Below are positions 50,000-61,210 of a DNA stretch of 64,000 nucleotides, piece after piece. Source of the stretch: Camelus dromedarius (taxonomy: Eukaryota). The DNA lies in contig NC_087437.1 of the NCBI RefSeq assembly GCF_036321535.1, forward strand, positions 46,378,001 to 46,442,000, in the 5' to 3' direction. The translations under genes were made by a program, and so were the position numbers. Positions within the stretch are counted from its first letter, which is position 1; the number at the start of each line of letters is the position of its first letter. The notes under the pieces were generated by a model. The model had not been told where the DNA came from and ran no database searches. It saw only the letters and a program-made list of their open reading frames with translations.

Positions 50000-50210
50000 A
50001 TGTAGTTTTGTGGGAAAAAAATGTAGACATTGAAATCAAGAGCTATGGGTTCAGATCCTGGCTCCACTATAAATGCTAGCTGTTCAACCCTTGCATGAGT
50101 CAGAGAACTCTGAGTTTCAGTTTTCTCAGTTGGAAAATGAGCGTCATCATATCAACCTGATGGACTCACCACAATTCAATGAGATGCATATGTGAACGTG
50201 CCTAGCAAGG
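50000..50210 (+). mobile_element. MIR SINE
   Basis: tgggttcagatcctggctccacta...ctctgagtttcagttttctcagttggaaaatg. Confidence 0.75.
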
Positions 50211-50579
50211 ACAGAATTGTAAGATATAAAGGAGGGCATGAAATGGGAAGTCTAAGGATGAAGGATGGAGAAGGGAAGGGAAAGAGTCTCTTCTTCCCCA
50301 CCCCCAGCTGTCTGTCTTTTCTACTATCAAGTCAGTGGGGCTTGCCTTGTCTCTGCTTCTGGGCTCACTGTTAATCAAATCTGCATTACAAAGGCCCTGG
50401 GCTGTGAGAACTCCTCAGGGCTTCCTGGTTAGAGGGCAGGGCAGTTCCCTGCAAGGCCAAAGCTTGCTTCCTCATTTTCCTTTCTTTTTCTCCTTCTTTC
50501 AGACCAGAGCAAGGTGACCTGCTTAACTCTTCACCAGCTGATGACTTTTTAGTAAAAGGGTGATTGAGAGAGTTTAGGT

Positions 50580-50880
50580 CAGAGCTGTCCAATGGAAACA
50601 GGATGCAAGCCACAGATGTGAACCACATGTGTGATTTTAAATTTCCTAGTAACCACATAAAAACAAAAAGTAAAAAGAGACAGATGAGATTGATTTTAAT
50701 AATGTATTGTATTTAATCCACCATATCCAAAATATTTATCATTTCATTATGTAATGAATCTTATAAATTATTAATGACGTATTTTACATCCTTTTTTTCC
50801 ACATTTCAGTTTGGACTAGCCACATTTCAAGCGCTCAGTGGCCACATGTGTGTAGTGGCTACTGTATTGCATAGGGAAGG
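50580..50880. mobile_element. MER33-like hAT-Charlie MITE
   Basis: cagagctgtccaatggaaac...ttttaaatttcctagtaaccacat...ggactagccacatttcaagcgctcagtggccacatgtg. Confidence 0.85.
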
Positions 50881-53254
50881 TTTAAGACTAATCCTCCACC
50901 TCTTTGTACCACCACCAGCTTCTTTTAAAGCTGTATGAGAATTTTACGAATAAGCTAAATCATCAGTCCCAAATTCCTCATAGGAGACCCAGACAGACAG
51001 TAAGTTGTTCGACATTATTGTGCAGCTGGTTAGTGCCACAGCCAGAAGTCAAACTCAGTTTTCCTAACTCATTGTTCTTTTCAATTAAATTTCTAAATTT
51101 ATGGACTACAATGTATAAACAAAGATATTGGAGCTTAGATAAATGAAGTCACAGTACATCTCACTGAAAGGAATTGAAAAGTTCCTCGAGGAGCAAAATG
51201 ACACATTCCTGACAGGATTACGTGATAGTATGGGCAATGCAGTGACTCCACTGATACCCTAAGAAACTATTCATCTAAATTTTACAGAAAATGAAATCTG
51301 CAGGCCTGGTTTGCTGTGGGGAAAAAAAAAAGTCTGTAAAAATCCTTTAGTATTTCATCCTCAGATTAATGTTAATGACTCTTGCAGTACCTAGTACTAT
51401 TGTGGCCCATAGAATCTCATAAACATTTCCTAAATCATTTTAAGTACTTAAATTAAAATAGAACAGAAAATTAAAACTAGAAAGATAACTGGAAATGATT
51501 TAGTGTAAACTTTACATAAGACAGTGATGGCAAAGTGCCCAATAACTCAACACGTTTTAGTACTTTCCCCCTCCTGTTAATGTTTCAGATGAGAGCAGTG
51601 ACTTGCTCAAGGGCATGCAGTGCTAATTTGTAGAATCCATGTCTCTGTATACCGTATAGTGACTTAAAAAAGAAAACAAAAAAACATGATTTCAATTCCT
51701 CTAAATAGAATTGAATCCCTAGCTAAGCCATGTCTTGTGAAGGGAGGGAGTTTGGAAACCCAAGATATGACATCTAAATTGGAAATTTGGAAAAGCATTT
51801 ACTGAGCCTGAGAGAACTGTCTATGTCTTGAGAGTGCTGTTAAAAAGCTACAGGAATGCAATTATTTTGGATTGGTTTTAGTGCTCTGGTATTTTTAGAA
51901 TTTCCCCACAAACACCTCCCTTGAGGAACATACTGCACTTGGCATGCTGAGGGACCTCAGGATGCCTTCAGCAAATGTAGTTGACAACTTGACAAGACAT
52001 CTGGGTTTGTGTGTTTCTGAGAAAGCCCAGGTGCTTATTCAAGATATTCTTGCTTTTTGACTCTTCAGTTTGACTGATTTGTCCCCTCTTCCTTGAGCTC
52101 AAACAACTTGCTAGCGCTGAACCTGGCCAACCGTCAGGATGGAGTTATTTCTGCCCAAACACACTGCTAGGCTCCAGGTTGCCAGCTGTTCAATACAGGC
52201 CCTGTGCTTCAGATATTGGAGGGCAGGTTTGTAAAGCAGGGGCTGTGGCAGCAAGGGCTGTGGAGTAGCATCCACGCTGAGAAATTTGATGAAATCAGGA
52301 CACCATGTAACTCGGTCTAGCACAGTGATGTTGCTCTGAGAAGTGAGGTGGAAGAAAATATCCCCAGGATAAAAAAGAACAGGATGAAAAATCCTGGTTA
52401 AAAAACAAGATAGGGATTTTTCCTTCTCAGACAGATTGTTAAATAGGCTTTACTTGTTCAATGGGGTCTGGTAATGAAAGTTGACAGGATATTAAGGTTA
52501 TTTCAGGTTCTCCTGTCTCCCAGGGTCACATAAGCCTTCCGTTATGCATGTTAATCCATCTCAGCATTCCTGCCAGGAGCTGCCTAAGTGGGGCAATCGG
52601 TTTAGTATGCACCCTTCCCCCTTTACAGTTTCTCTGAGAGGCAAAACCTACCAATTAGCAGACTATGCATTGAAAATCAAGTGATGTTTTGCTATTCTAG
52701 AGAAATAGCACCAAAATTTGTGATTAATAAATGATGAATCCAACTGCTGTTTCCTCAGAAATTCAAAACAAAAAAGGAGAAGCCATACCTCCCTCCTCGC
52801 CCCATTTCTTTTTTTGGTATGTGCAGGTGCATGCAGGCACATGTGTACATCTGTGTATGGATATAAAACTAGATAGTGAATTTAGCATCATAGACTAGAA
52901 ATACTGGTTGGTTCCTGCCAAGCACAGCTCCTATTCTGTCTTTCCCCCTCTTCAGGCATACAAGTTCCTTGTCTGCAGACTCCCCACCAACTATCCCATT
53001 AGCTATGGAAAGGCACTAAGATCACAAAGAAAACAGTGGAGATGTAATAAAATCTTGGTGAAAGGGATATTGCAGAAATGTGATTCTAGAGCTAATCCAT
53101 TAGTAATTGGGTGTCCCCACCAATAGGCATTATTCAGGATAATTCCTTGAAGGAGAATTGTAAACTTCTTGTGGTTACAAAATAATGAGGACAATCTATT
53201 CTGATTGTTGTTATTTCAACTTTAAGCTGATTTTCTTCTACACAAGTGATGACA

Positions 53255-53440
53255 GTAGTGGCAAAAACAAGGACTTCACCTGATTGAACTGAAATCCAGC
53301 TTTGCCACTTAATAAATGTGTGACCTTAATGAAGTTATTTAACCTCTCTAAGCCCCAATTTTCTCATGTCTAAAATGGGAATAATTGTATCTGTATCTTA
53401 AGATTCTTATAAAGATAAATGAGATCTACACAATATTCGG
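53255..53440 (+). mobile_element. MIR SINE
   Basis: gccacttaataaatgtgtgacctt...aagttatttaacctctctaagccccaattttctcatgtctaaaatggga. Confidence 0.85.
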
Positions 53441-54289
53441 CTCTATAATTGATGGTCTGTTAATGATTCCCACAGTAATGATGAAGGTAAACAAAAATTC
53501 AAGATTAGTTCCAGTGAATTGTTGCACCTATTGTCTGCTTCTTCAGGCTTATGACATGATACCAGAGAAAGGATGCTATGAGCCTAAGCCTAAGTGGTCA
53601 ATGCAGAAGAAAAAAATACCTCTTTCTACCCACATTTATATTTGAGCAAAGCCATAAAAATGAGTTCCATTCTCTTCTCTTTTGATAAGAGCAAAATGTA
53701 TTCACTCTAAGTGGCTATTAGAGGGCCAATATCTGTACAGTCCATTCTATATAATAGGTACTCAAAACTCATTCACTCTATAACAGCTTAATATTTTCTG
53801 TACAGTGACTAGTGGTGTGGTGTGAGCTCCTAATAAAACATTACATCAACTCTCGAAACTCTGAATCTTTGAAGCAGATGTTTTCCTAACATCCTGTAAA
53901 CACTCCAATCATCTCAAACTGCTGGGATTTCACCTTTGTACCATTTTTAGAAATGTGCCCATTGAATAATGGGCCTGTCTAATCTGTTTGACGTTTATTG
54001 GTGCTCAAAGTGTAGCAAGGTTGGGAGATGTAGCAGAGCACGTTCTAAATAAATCAACGGAAGAAAGCAAACTAAATCACACGGGGAAATTACAGTGTCC
54101 AAATCATTTATACACTGGTGATTACCATTTCACCTGGGTCCAGCTGATGTCACACAGGAGTCTCCAAAGCCCTAGGAGTCAGTCCGAGTAAGCCTGCTTA
54201 TCCATGCTTCCACCCTGCATCGACCGTGGTGGTGGAGACTGACAGTAGTCTAGCAGAGGCAGGTTAATTAGGGGGGAGAAGGAACACGT

Positions 54290-54410
54290 GGAAAAGAAAA
54301 TGGACTGGATTTGGAGGGGTTCTGCTGCTATTTCTGCTGTCAGCTAGCTGTGTAACTTTAGAGGAATCCCTGTACACCTCTGGACCTCAGTTCCCTTAAC
54401 AAGAAAATGT
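54290..54410 (+). mobile_element. MIR SINE fragment
   Basis: ctagctgtgtaacttta...cctctggacctcagttccctt. Confidence 0.65.
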
Positions 54411-54999
54411 ATAAATATCTGTGTATGTGTGTGTGCATTTTTGGACATGTATGTACGGGAGATGGACTGGTTGCACTTTTCACAGTTTCAAAAAGATAAG
54501 AACCTCTATTTCAATTGTTATTTAACTCAGAACTCAATATAGAAAACTGATCAAAGCAAAATTTATGTTTGGAGAAAGGGTCCCAGAGTGGACTGGACTT
54601 CTACCCATATCCTGTGGCAACTCTAAATAGAGTTTCATAGATACCTAGAGTTCTCTAGTCTATGTGTGATTTCATGATTTGTAAGGTCTCACCAACTCTA
54701 ATTTTATTTGTTTGTGGCAAATTCACCTGCACAGATAAAATGTTGGACTTATGCAAATAATGTATTAATTTTAATCTATCAATTATTTTGCAAATTATGC
54801 AAATAATTTATCAAATGATTCATTAAAGTAGTTTGGTTTCAAGTCTCATGAGTCCTTGGTTTAAGGTCTTATATATATATTTTTTTTTTACTAATTTAAA
54901 GTGAATTAATACAAATGCCCTTTGTGTTTTGCTCCTACCACCTATATTTTTATTACAAAAATGGCCAAATAGTGTTGTTCATTTAAAACTGAGCTCCTT

Positions 55000-56000
55000 A
55001 CAGAATCTGCTTACAGTTAAGCTGGAGGAAGTCCCAGGAGGCTGTTGCTCTTGTCTTCACAATGAGAATAAGTTGGATCATCTACAAAATCATAGATTTG
55101 TTTTTGACCCACTAGGGACTTGAGCAATTCAAAGAAACCTGAATGAGTCAAATTCCAGGAAACACAAGTTCTTTCTGGGAGAATAGAGAGAAATGACCAG
55201 AGATGCCTTGATTCTGGTGGAGGAGTGGGAGGTGAAATGGATCCGACACAGATTGGGGTAAGGAAAAACCAGGCAAACTTTTAATGAACTTGTAACAGTT
55301 GCATTTGGGGTGGCATAATGGACTGGGATCCTGAGGACTCCAGGCGTAGAGCAAGTCTGTGTCTACCCATCGACTGTCTCCTGTGAGCTTGCCCTAACTA
55401 CAGGGGGTAGGCTACAGAGCCTGGGGACGGAGAAGGAAAGGAGAAAGGGCTATCTCTGAGCGCAGGTGTCCTGACCCAAGTGTAAGGTGAAAGTCTGCTG
55501 AAGGTTGGGGTTAGGGCAGCAGGGCAGAGAGAGATCTCCCAGATACAGAAAGCTGGAGGTGGGACTGAAGAGCAAATCAAATTCCCCAGCAACATAATGC
55601 CAGAGAATGGACCGTAGATCAAAGAGATCTCTAGAGCCTCACAGGTTTTCAGATTTCAAGTCCAACTGAGAGAAAAGCCCCTGTCCTACCCTCAAAACAT
55701 ACAAAGCCAATGGTGAGATGAATATAACTGTAAAGATAAGACCCAACTCAGAGACTGAGTGAGTACAGACTATTTACTAGTGGCTCAGCAGGAGAAGAGA
55801 GGCTTCCCTTCTGGGGAGAAATAGGGTACAAATATTATTTACTTCTTTTATGTTTAATATCTAGAATTTAATTTAAAAATTACAAGGCATGCAAAGTAAC
55901 TGGAAAATATTAATCATAAGCAAGAGATGAAAGTTAGTAGAAGCAAATCAACATGTCCCAGATACTACAGGTCTCACAAAAAGGACTTTATAATAACCAT
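55000..56000 (+). mobile_element. Old L1 5' UTR/ORF1-proximal region, resuming at ~57400-57555
   Basis: aaaattacaaggcatgcaaag...aaggacttta, continued after the younger L1 by atggaaaaggtggacaa...cagatggggaatgttagcagagaaatgg. Confidence 0.5.
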
Positions 56001-56004
56001 GTAG

Positions 56005-57398
56005 AAACAAAGATAATTTTTTCAACAAATGGTGCTGGAATAACTGGACGTTATGTGCAAAAAAAAAAATGAATCTAGTCATAGACCCTACATCCTTCAC
56101 AATAATTAACTCAAAATGAATCATAGATCTAAATGGAAAATGGAAAACTATACACCTGGAAGAGAAGTTAGGAGAAAACCTAGATTACCTTGGGTATTGT
56201 GATGCCGTTTTAGGCACAATACCAAACACACAAGCCATAAAATGAAAAAGTTGATATGCTGGACGTCATTAAAATTAAAAACTTTATCCTGTGAAAGACA
56301 GTGTGAAGAAAATGAGACAAGTCATAGACTGAGAGAAACTATTTGCAAAAGGCACATCTGATAAGGACTGATATCGAAAATATACAAAGAACTCTTAAAA
56401 CTTAACAAGAAAACAACTCAGTTTAAAAAAATGGGGCAAAGACCTAAATAAACACCTCACCAAACAAAACACCAATGGAAAATAAGCATCTGAAAAGATG
56501 CTCCACATCATATGTCACCAGGGAAATGCAAATTAAAAACTGAGATACCACATCGTACCTATTAGAATGTCCCAAATCCTGAACACTGACAACACCAAGT
56601 GCTGGCAAGAACGTGGAACAACAGGAACTTTCATTCATTGCTTGTAGGAATGCAAAATGGTACAGCCTCTTTGGAAGACACTTTGGTGGTTTCTCACAAA
56701 ACTAATATATTCTTACCATAGATCCAGCAATTGTATCCAAAGGGACTGAAAACATGTCCACACAGAAACCTGCATGTAACTACAGGAACTTTATTCCAAA
56801 ACTTGTAAGCAACCAAGGTATCCTTCAGTAGGGGATTGACAAATAAACTGTGGTAATACAGACAATGGAATATTATTTAGTGCTAAAGAGAAATGAGTTA
56901 TTAAGCCATAAAAAGACATGGGGAAGTCTCAGATGCATGTTGCTAAGTGAAAGAAGCCAATTTGAAAAGGCTACATACACACTGTGTGATTCTAACTATG
57001 ACATTCTAGAAAAGGCAAAACTACGGAGACAGTGAAAAGATCAGTAATTGCCCCGGGTTCAGGGTGGGAGGAATAGTTGGGTGGAACACAGGATTTTTAG
57101 GGCAGTGAAAATACCTTGTACGATACTTAATAATGGGTATATGCTGTTATCCACTAGTCCAAATCCATAGAATATCCAACACATTACAACTGTTATGTCA
57201 ACTGTGGACTTAGGGTGGTTATGATGTGTCAACTTAGGGTCATCAGTTACAACAAACATACCACTCTAATGAGGGTGTTGGTAACAAGGGAGGCTGTACA
57301 TGGGTGAGGGCAGAGCAGTAAATTGGAAATCTCTGTACCTTCCCCTCAGTTTTGCTGTGAACCTAAAACTGCTCTGAAAAATAGTCTTTAAAAAAAAC
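56005..57398 (+). mobile_element. L1MC1/2-like LINE, ORF2 3' part plus 3' UTR
   Basis: ttcaacaaatggtgctggaataactgg...cagggaaatgcaaattaaaa...ggaaatctctgtaccttcccctcagttttgctgtgaacctaaaactgctct, then an A-run. Confidence 0.9.
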
Positions 57399-57559
57399 AT
57401 GTACGTATATTAAAGTATTAATGGAAAAGGTGGACAAGAAACATGAATACAGATGGGGAATGTTAGCAGAGAAATGGTTACAACAACCACAAAAACAAAT
57501 AGAAATGTTAGAAATGAAAAAAAATGAATGAAGGATTTATTTGATGGGCTTAAGTAGTT

Positions 57560-58960
57560 TCTCTAGAGATTACAACATATATTTATGTTATCACAGTCTA
57601 CCTTCAGATCATATTAAACTACCTCACAAGCAATGTAAAAACCTTGCAACAAGATAATTCTGTTTATACCCCATCTTACCCTTCATCATGTTACCCTGGT
57701 ATCATACATTTTACTTTTAAATATGTTAAAACCATCAACTTATTGTTATTAATTTGTTTTAAATTGTCAACAATTTGATTCAAGCCTTTTTCTTCTTCTA
57801 TCTTTCATCTTTTATTCAGTATGTTCAATTTTTCCTCAAGCACACACATGTGGAATATAGTCATCATAACTGTTTTAATGTCCTAGTCTATTAATTTTAT
57901 CATGTGTCATTTCTGGGTCAGTTTTAACTGATTGATTTTTTTTCCCTCCTAGTAGTGGATTGTATTTTCTCTCTTTGTGTGCCAGGTAACTTTTGATTAG
58001 ATGCCAGACATTGTAAATTTACCTTGTTGGGTGCTGGGGACTTGTATTTCTGTCGATATTCTTGAGCTTTCTTCTGGAACGTAGTTAGGTTACTTGGAAA
58101 CAATGTGATTTTTTTTTGCATCTTGCTTTTAAAAGCAAGCTTTATTCGGTGGAATCAGAACAGCGTTTCGTCTGGAGTTAGTATTTCCCACGGCTGAGAC
58201 AAGGCCCTTGTTAGCACTTTAACCTAGGGGTCCGTCAGCAAACGTTTCTGTAAAGGGCCAGATGGTAAATGTTTTAGGTTTTGTGGGACATTTCGTTTCA
58301 GTCCCGACTACTCAACACTGTCACTATAGCACGAAAGCAGACATAGAAAATACATAAAGAAATACATGTGGTTGTGTTCCAAGAAAGTTTATTTACAAAA
58401 ATAGGTGGCAGGCTAGATTTGGCCTAGGAGCTGTTTGCCCACCCCTGCTCCCATCCATCAGCCATGATTTATGAGGCTCCCCACTTTGGCTGTGAGGAGC
58501 AGGCACTATTCCTGGCCCTGTGTGAATTCCAGGCACTGTTCCCTGGGCTCCTTTGGGTAGTTTCCTCACTCTCATTTGCTCACCAGTACTTGTCTGAACA
58601 ATTGAGGGGGATCCATTCTCTGTGAGTCTTGGAATTTTTCTCTCTGTGTAGCTCTCTCTTTCTCCCTCCCCAGTACTCTGAACTGTGGCACTCTGGCTTC
58701 TCTGAACTACCCCCTTTTCCCTCAACTCAGATAGTCTGCCCTGCTCCGCCCGGGTTCTCCCTTCCTGCACCAAGGTGTGTAATCTTTCTCGAGAGGGTAA
58801 TTTGGGACACTCAGTTCCCATCTTCTTTGCTTCCCAAGTCTCAGGGATCACTCTCCTTTGCTTGATGTCCAGCATCTTGGGAGCTGGTCTTTCCAGAACT
58901 TTAAGTAGAAAGATAAATCTGATCCTTTTTATTTTATCTTTGCCAGAATATATAGTAATA
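57560..58960 (-). mobile_element. Old L1 5' region (L1M-type), interrupted by MER58A
   Basis: ttctgggtcagttttaactgattgatttt...gatgccagacattgtaaatttaccttgttgggtgctgg...tcagggatcact. Confidence 0.6.
58226..58447. mobile_element. MER58A hAT-Charlie MITE
   Basis: cagcaaacgtttctgtaaagggccagatggtaaatgttttagg...gtgttccaagaaagtttatttacaaaaataggtggcaggc...tttgcccacccctg. Confidence 0.9.
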
Positions 58961-59017
58961 ATATATTGTATTCATCATGGTAAATGAAGCTGTGTCTCAC
59001 ATATTATTTTCCCTTAG

Positions 59018-59076
59018 AACTTGCAAGTGGAACTCTCTTCTGTAAGCAAAAAGAATCATCATCAAGCACAGAACAG
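59018..59076 (+). other. Candidate 59-nt internal exon of an unknown transcript
   Basis: Branch-like tctcac, acceptor tattattttcccttag and consensus donor CAG|GTGAGT; one open frame (E)LASGTLFCKQKESSSSTEQ with no recognised homology. Confidence 0.3.
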
Positions 59077-59514
59077 GTGAGTTTAGCTGTCTGTAAAAAT
59101 AACTACCTTAGAGAATGGTTGGGAAGTAGGTTATTGGAGAAAGCATGGGGAGTATGCCGCTGCAATCAAGAGCGCCATAGTACAGCCTCAGAAATTAAAT
59201 GGTGACCGAAGAAGCTACAAAATGATTGAATAAGGCATAACCTGTCTATCTAAAGTATTTATTAATCATATTTATTTACTCTTTATCTGCGATATCTGCC
59301 TTTGGCTCTAGATTTGTAACCTCCTTGATGGCAAAGGTATGATTCTTTCCCTTCTGTTTAAGCTAGCATCTATTTTCCAGCAGAAGAATGTTTTAAAAAC
59401 TCTGCAGGTAATTCTAAAATGCAGCCAGGTGATTTTAATATACCTGCATGTTGAATGACACTAATTGAAGTAACACAGAATTCCCCACTTCAGATTTTGG
59501 CAATCATAATTTTT

Positions 59515-59790
59515 TTTTCATTTCATAAATACTTACTAGAAGTTTTCTGTGTACTCAGCACTGAACAGGTGCCCAGTAGGTACGGAATAAATAGAATGTC
59601 TGATCACTGTTCTCAAAATGCTTACCATTTAGTTGGGCAAACAAATACATGTGAAATAATTGAGCAAAAACACAAGCTATGGATAATTAGCTTCTGAATG
59701 TAGTGGACTGACTATATATTCTATAAAAATGCAGTAAAGCAGAAAATCAGTGCAGGCTGAAGTGGTCAAGGGAGTCTTTCTTGGAAGAAT
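59515..59790 (-). mobile_element. L2 fragment
   Basis: ttcattttcataaatacttacta...tgatcactgttctcaaaatgcttaccatttagttggg. Confidence 0.55.
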
Positions 59791-60275
59791 TAGTATTTTT
59801 CTTCAAATAAAAAATTCTGAAAGTACTAAGAAAATGGAAATTCTTACATGCTAGAGCCAGATCTTTTCTTCCTCATTTTAAGATGGATCAATGGAAAACT
59901 CGAGAACTAGTTTACACAGTAGTTGATGTTAATGATTGCCTTAAAAGTGTTTTCAATAGTCAGATTTACTAGACTCTTCAATGTCTGGAAATTCTGTTTC
60001 TGGCAACTAAAAATTTTTTTTCTGCTGAAAGAAGTGTATCTGATACTATTATTATTATTTTAGATGAAGAGGGAGGGATACCTAACATCTAAAAATAATT
60101 TTTAAGTGTTTTATTGTTTGGAAACACAAGAAAGTTTTGCCGTAAACACATCTAATTTTCAATATGTGCCTTTATTAAAAGGAAATATTTAGTCTATATT
60201 TTCCTGATTTATTTGACCTAAATAGTGCTTTGTGAAAACTATTCAAGACATGCTTAGCTTTTCAAAAAGTTTTTA

Positions 60276-60299
60276 GGTCGGTCGGTCAGTCTGTCTGTC

Positions 60300-60335
<36 letters not shown>

Positions 60336-60340
60336 GTCTG
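60276..60340. repeat. (GGTC)(TCTG)n(TCTA)n compound tetranucleotide microsatellite
   Basis: Directly visible. Confidence 0.9.
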
Positions 60341-60518
60341 TTTATTAGTTCTCTATCTAAATGAAAACCAAGACATCTTTTTGCCAGGAGTAGGAGCACC
60401 CCAAAGATCAGATCAGAAATGTGAGCAGGGCCTCTTCTTACCCTCATTTCCACTTCCCTCCCTAAATGCCATTTGTAAGACTTGCACTCTCATTTGGTGG
60501 CCCTTGCCTTCTCTGACA

Positions 60519-61049
60519 ATGGTAAATGGAGGCCTTTTTAAAATAGAAGCAGTGGTGCAGCACATCTTGTTCAAGCCTAATGCCAAAAGCAGCTGTCTTG
60601 AGTTGCTTGCCCCCAAACTGCCTTTGGATAGAAGTAAACAAATGTGGACATCCAGCGGAGTATATTTGAAATTGACCTCCGAGGCCATCTATTTTAAGCA
60701 GATTGTAATTTTGCAAAAGGCATGGCCCTGTTCCAAATGTTTATTTAGTGTTGAACGGTCTCCAGTTGGCTGGTCAGTCCACTTTTTTGATGGTGTTGAA
60801 AATATTAAGAAAGATACCAATAATAGATGCTGGATTTGCACTCATCTCGTGTACAGTGATTCATTTTGCTGGGTGCCAGAACAAAAAAAATCACAGAAGG
60901 GAGAGACAGGCAAAAAGTTTGGCTATGTGGCAGCTGGTTTCATGGCAACAACTATTATTTCTACCTGTTACACCCCAACATTAACCTTGTTTAGCGAAGA
61001 GCCTTCTAAGTCCCTGACGGCACAATTTGCGTGCAAAGCACTGGGCTGA
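60519..61049 (+). other. Long ORF of unknown significance (176 aa from ATG; frame stop-free from 60258)
   Basis: Longest ORF in the window, mostly outside recognisable repeats; acaATGg Kozak context; no recognised homology. Confidence 0.15.
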
Positions 61050-61210
61050 GCTTTCCATACATAGTCTTTTTTTGTCCTCACAATGACCATAAGAGGCAGG
61101 TAGGAACACTCTCATTTTAGAGATGAGGAAACTGCACTTCAGAGACTTCCAACTGTAAATTGGAAGTGAAGGTTAGACCCAAGTTTTGTCTGATTCCAGA
61201 AGTTACTCTC
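61030..61210 (-). mobile_element. MIR SINE
   Basis: gtcctcacaatgaccataagaggcaggt...cattttagagatgaggaaactgcacttcagaga. Confidence 0.85.

Noticed and set aside
58393..58875. 160-aa minus-strand ORF
   Set aside because: Within old L1/MER58 sequence; non-ATG start; no recognisable domain
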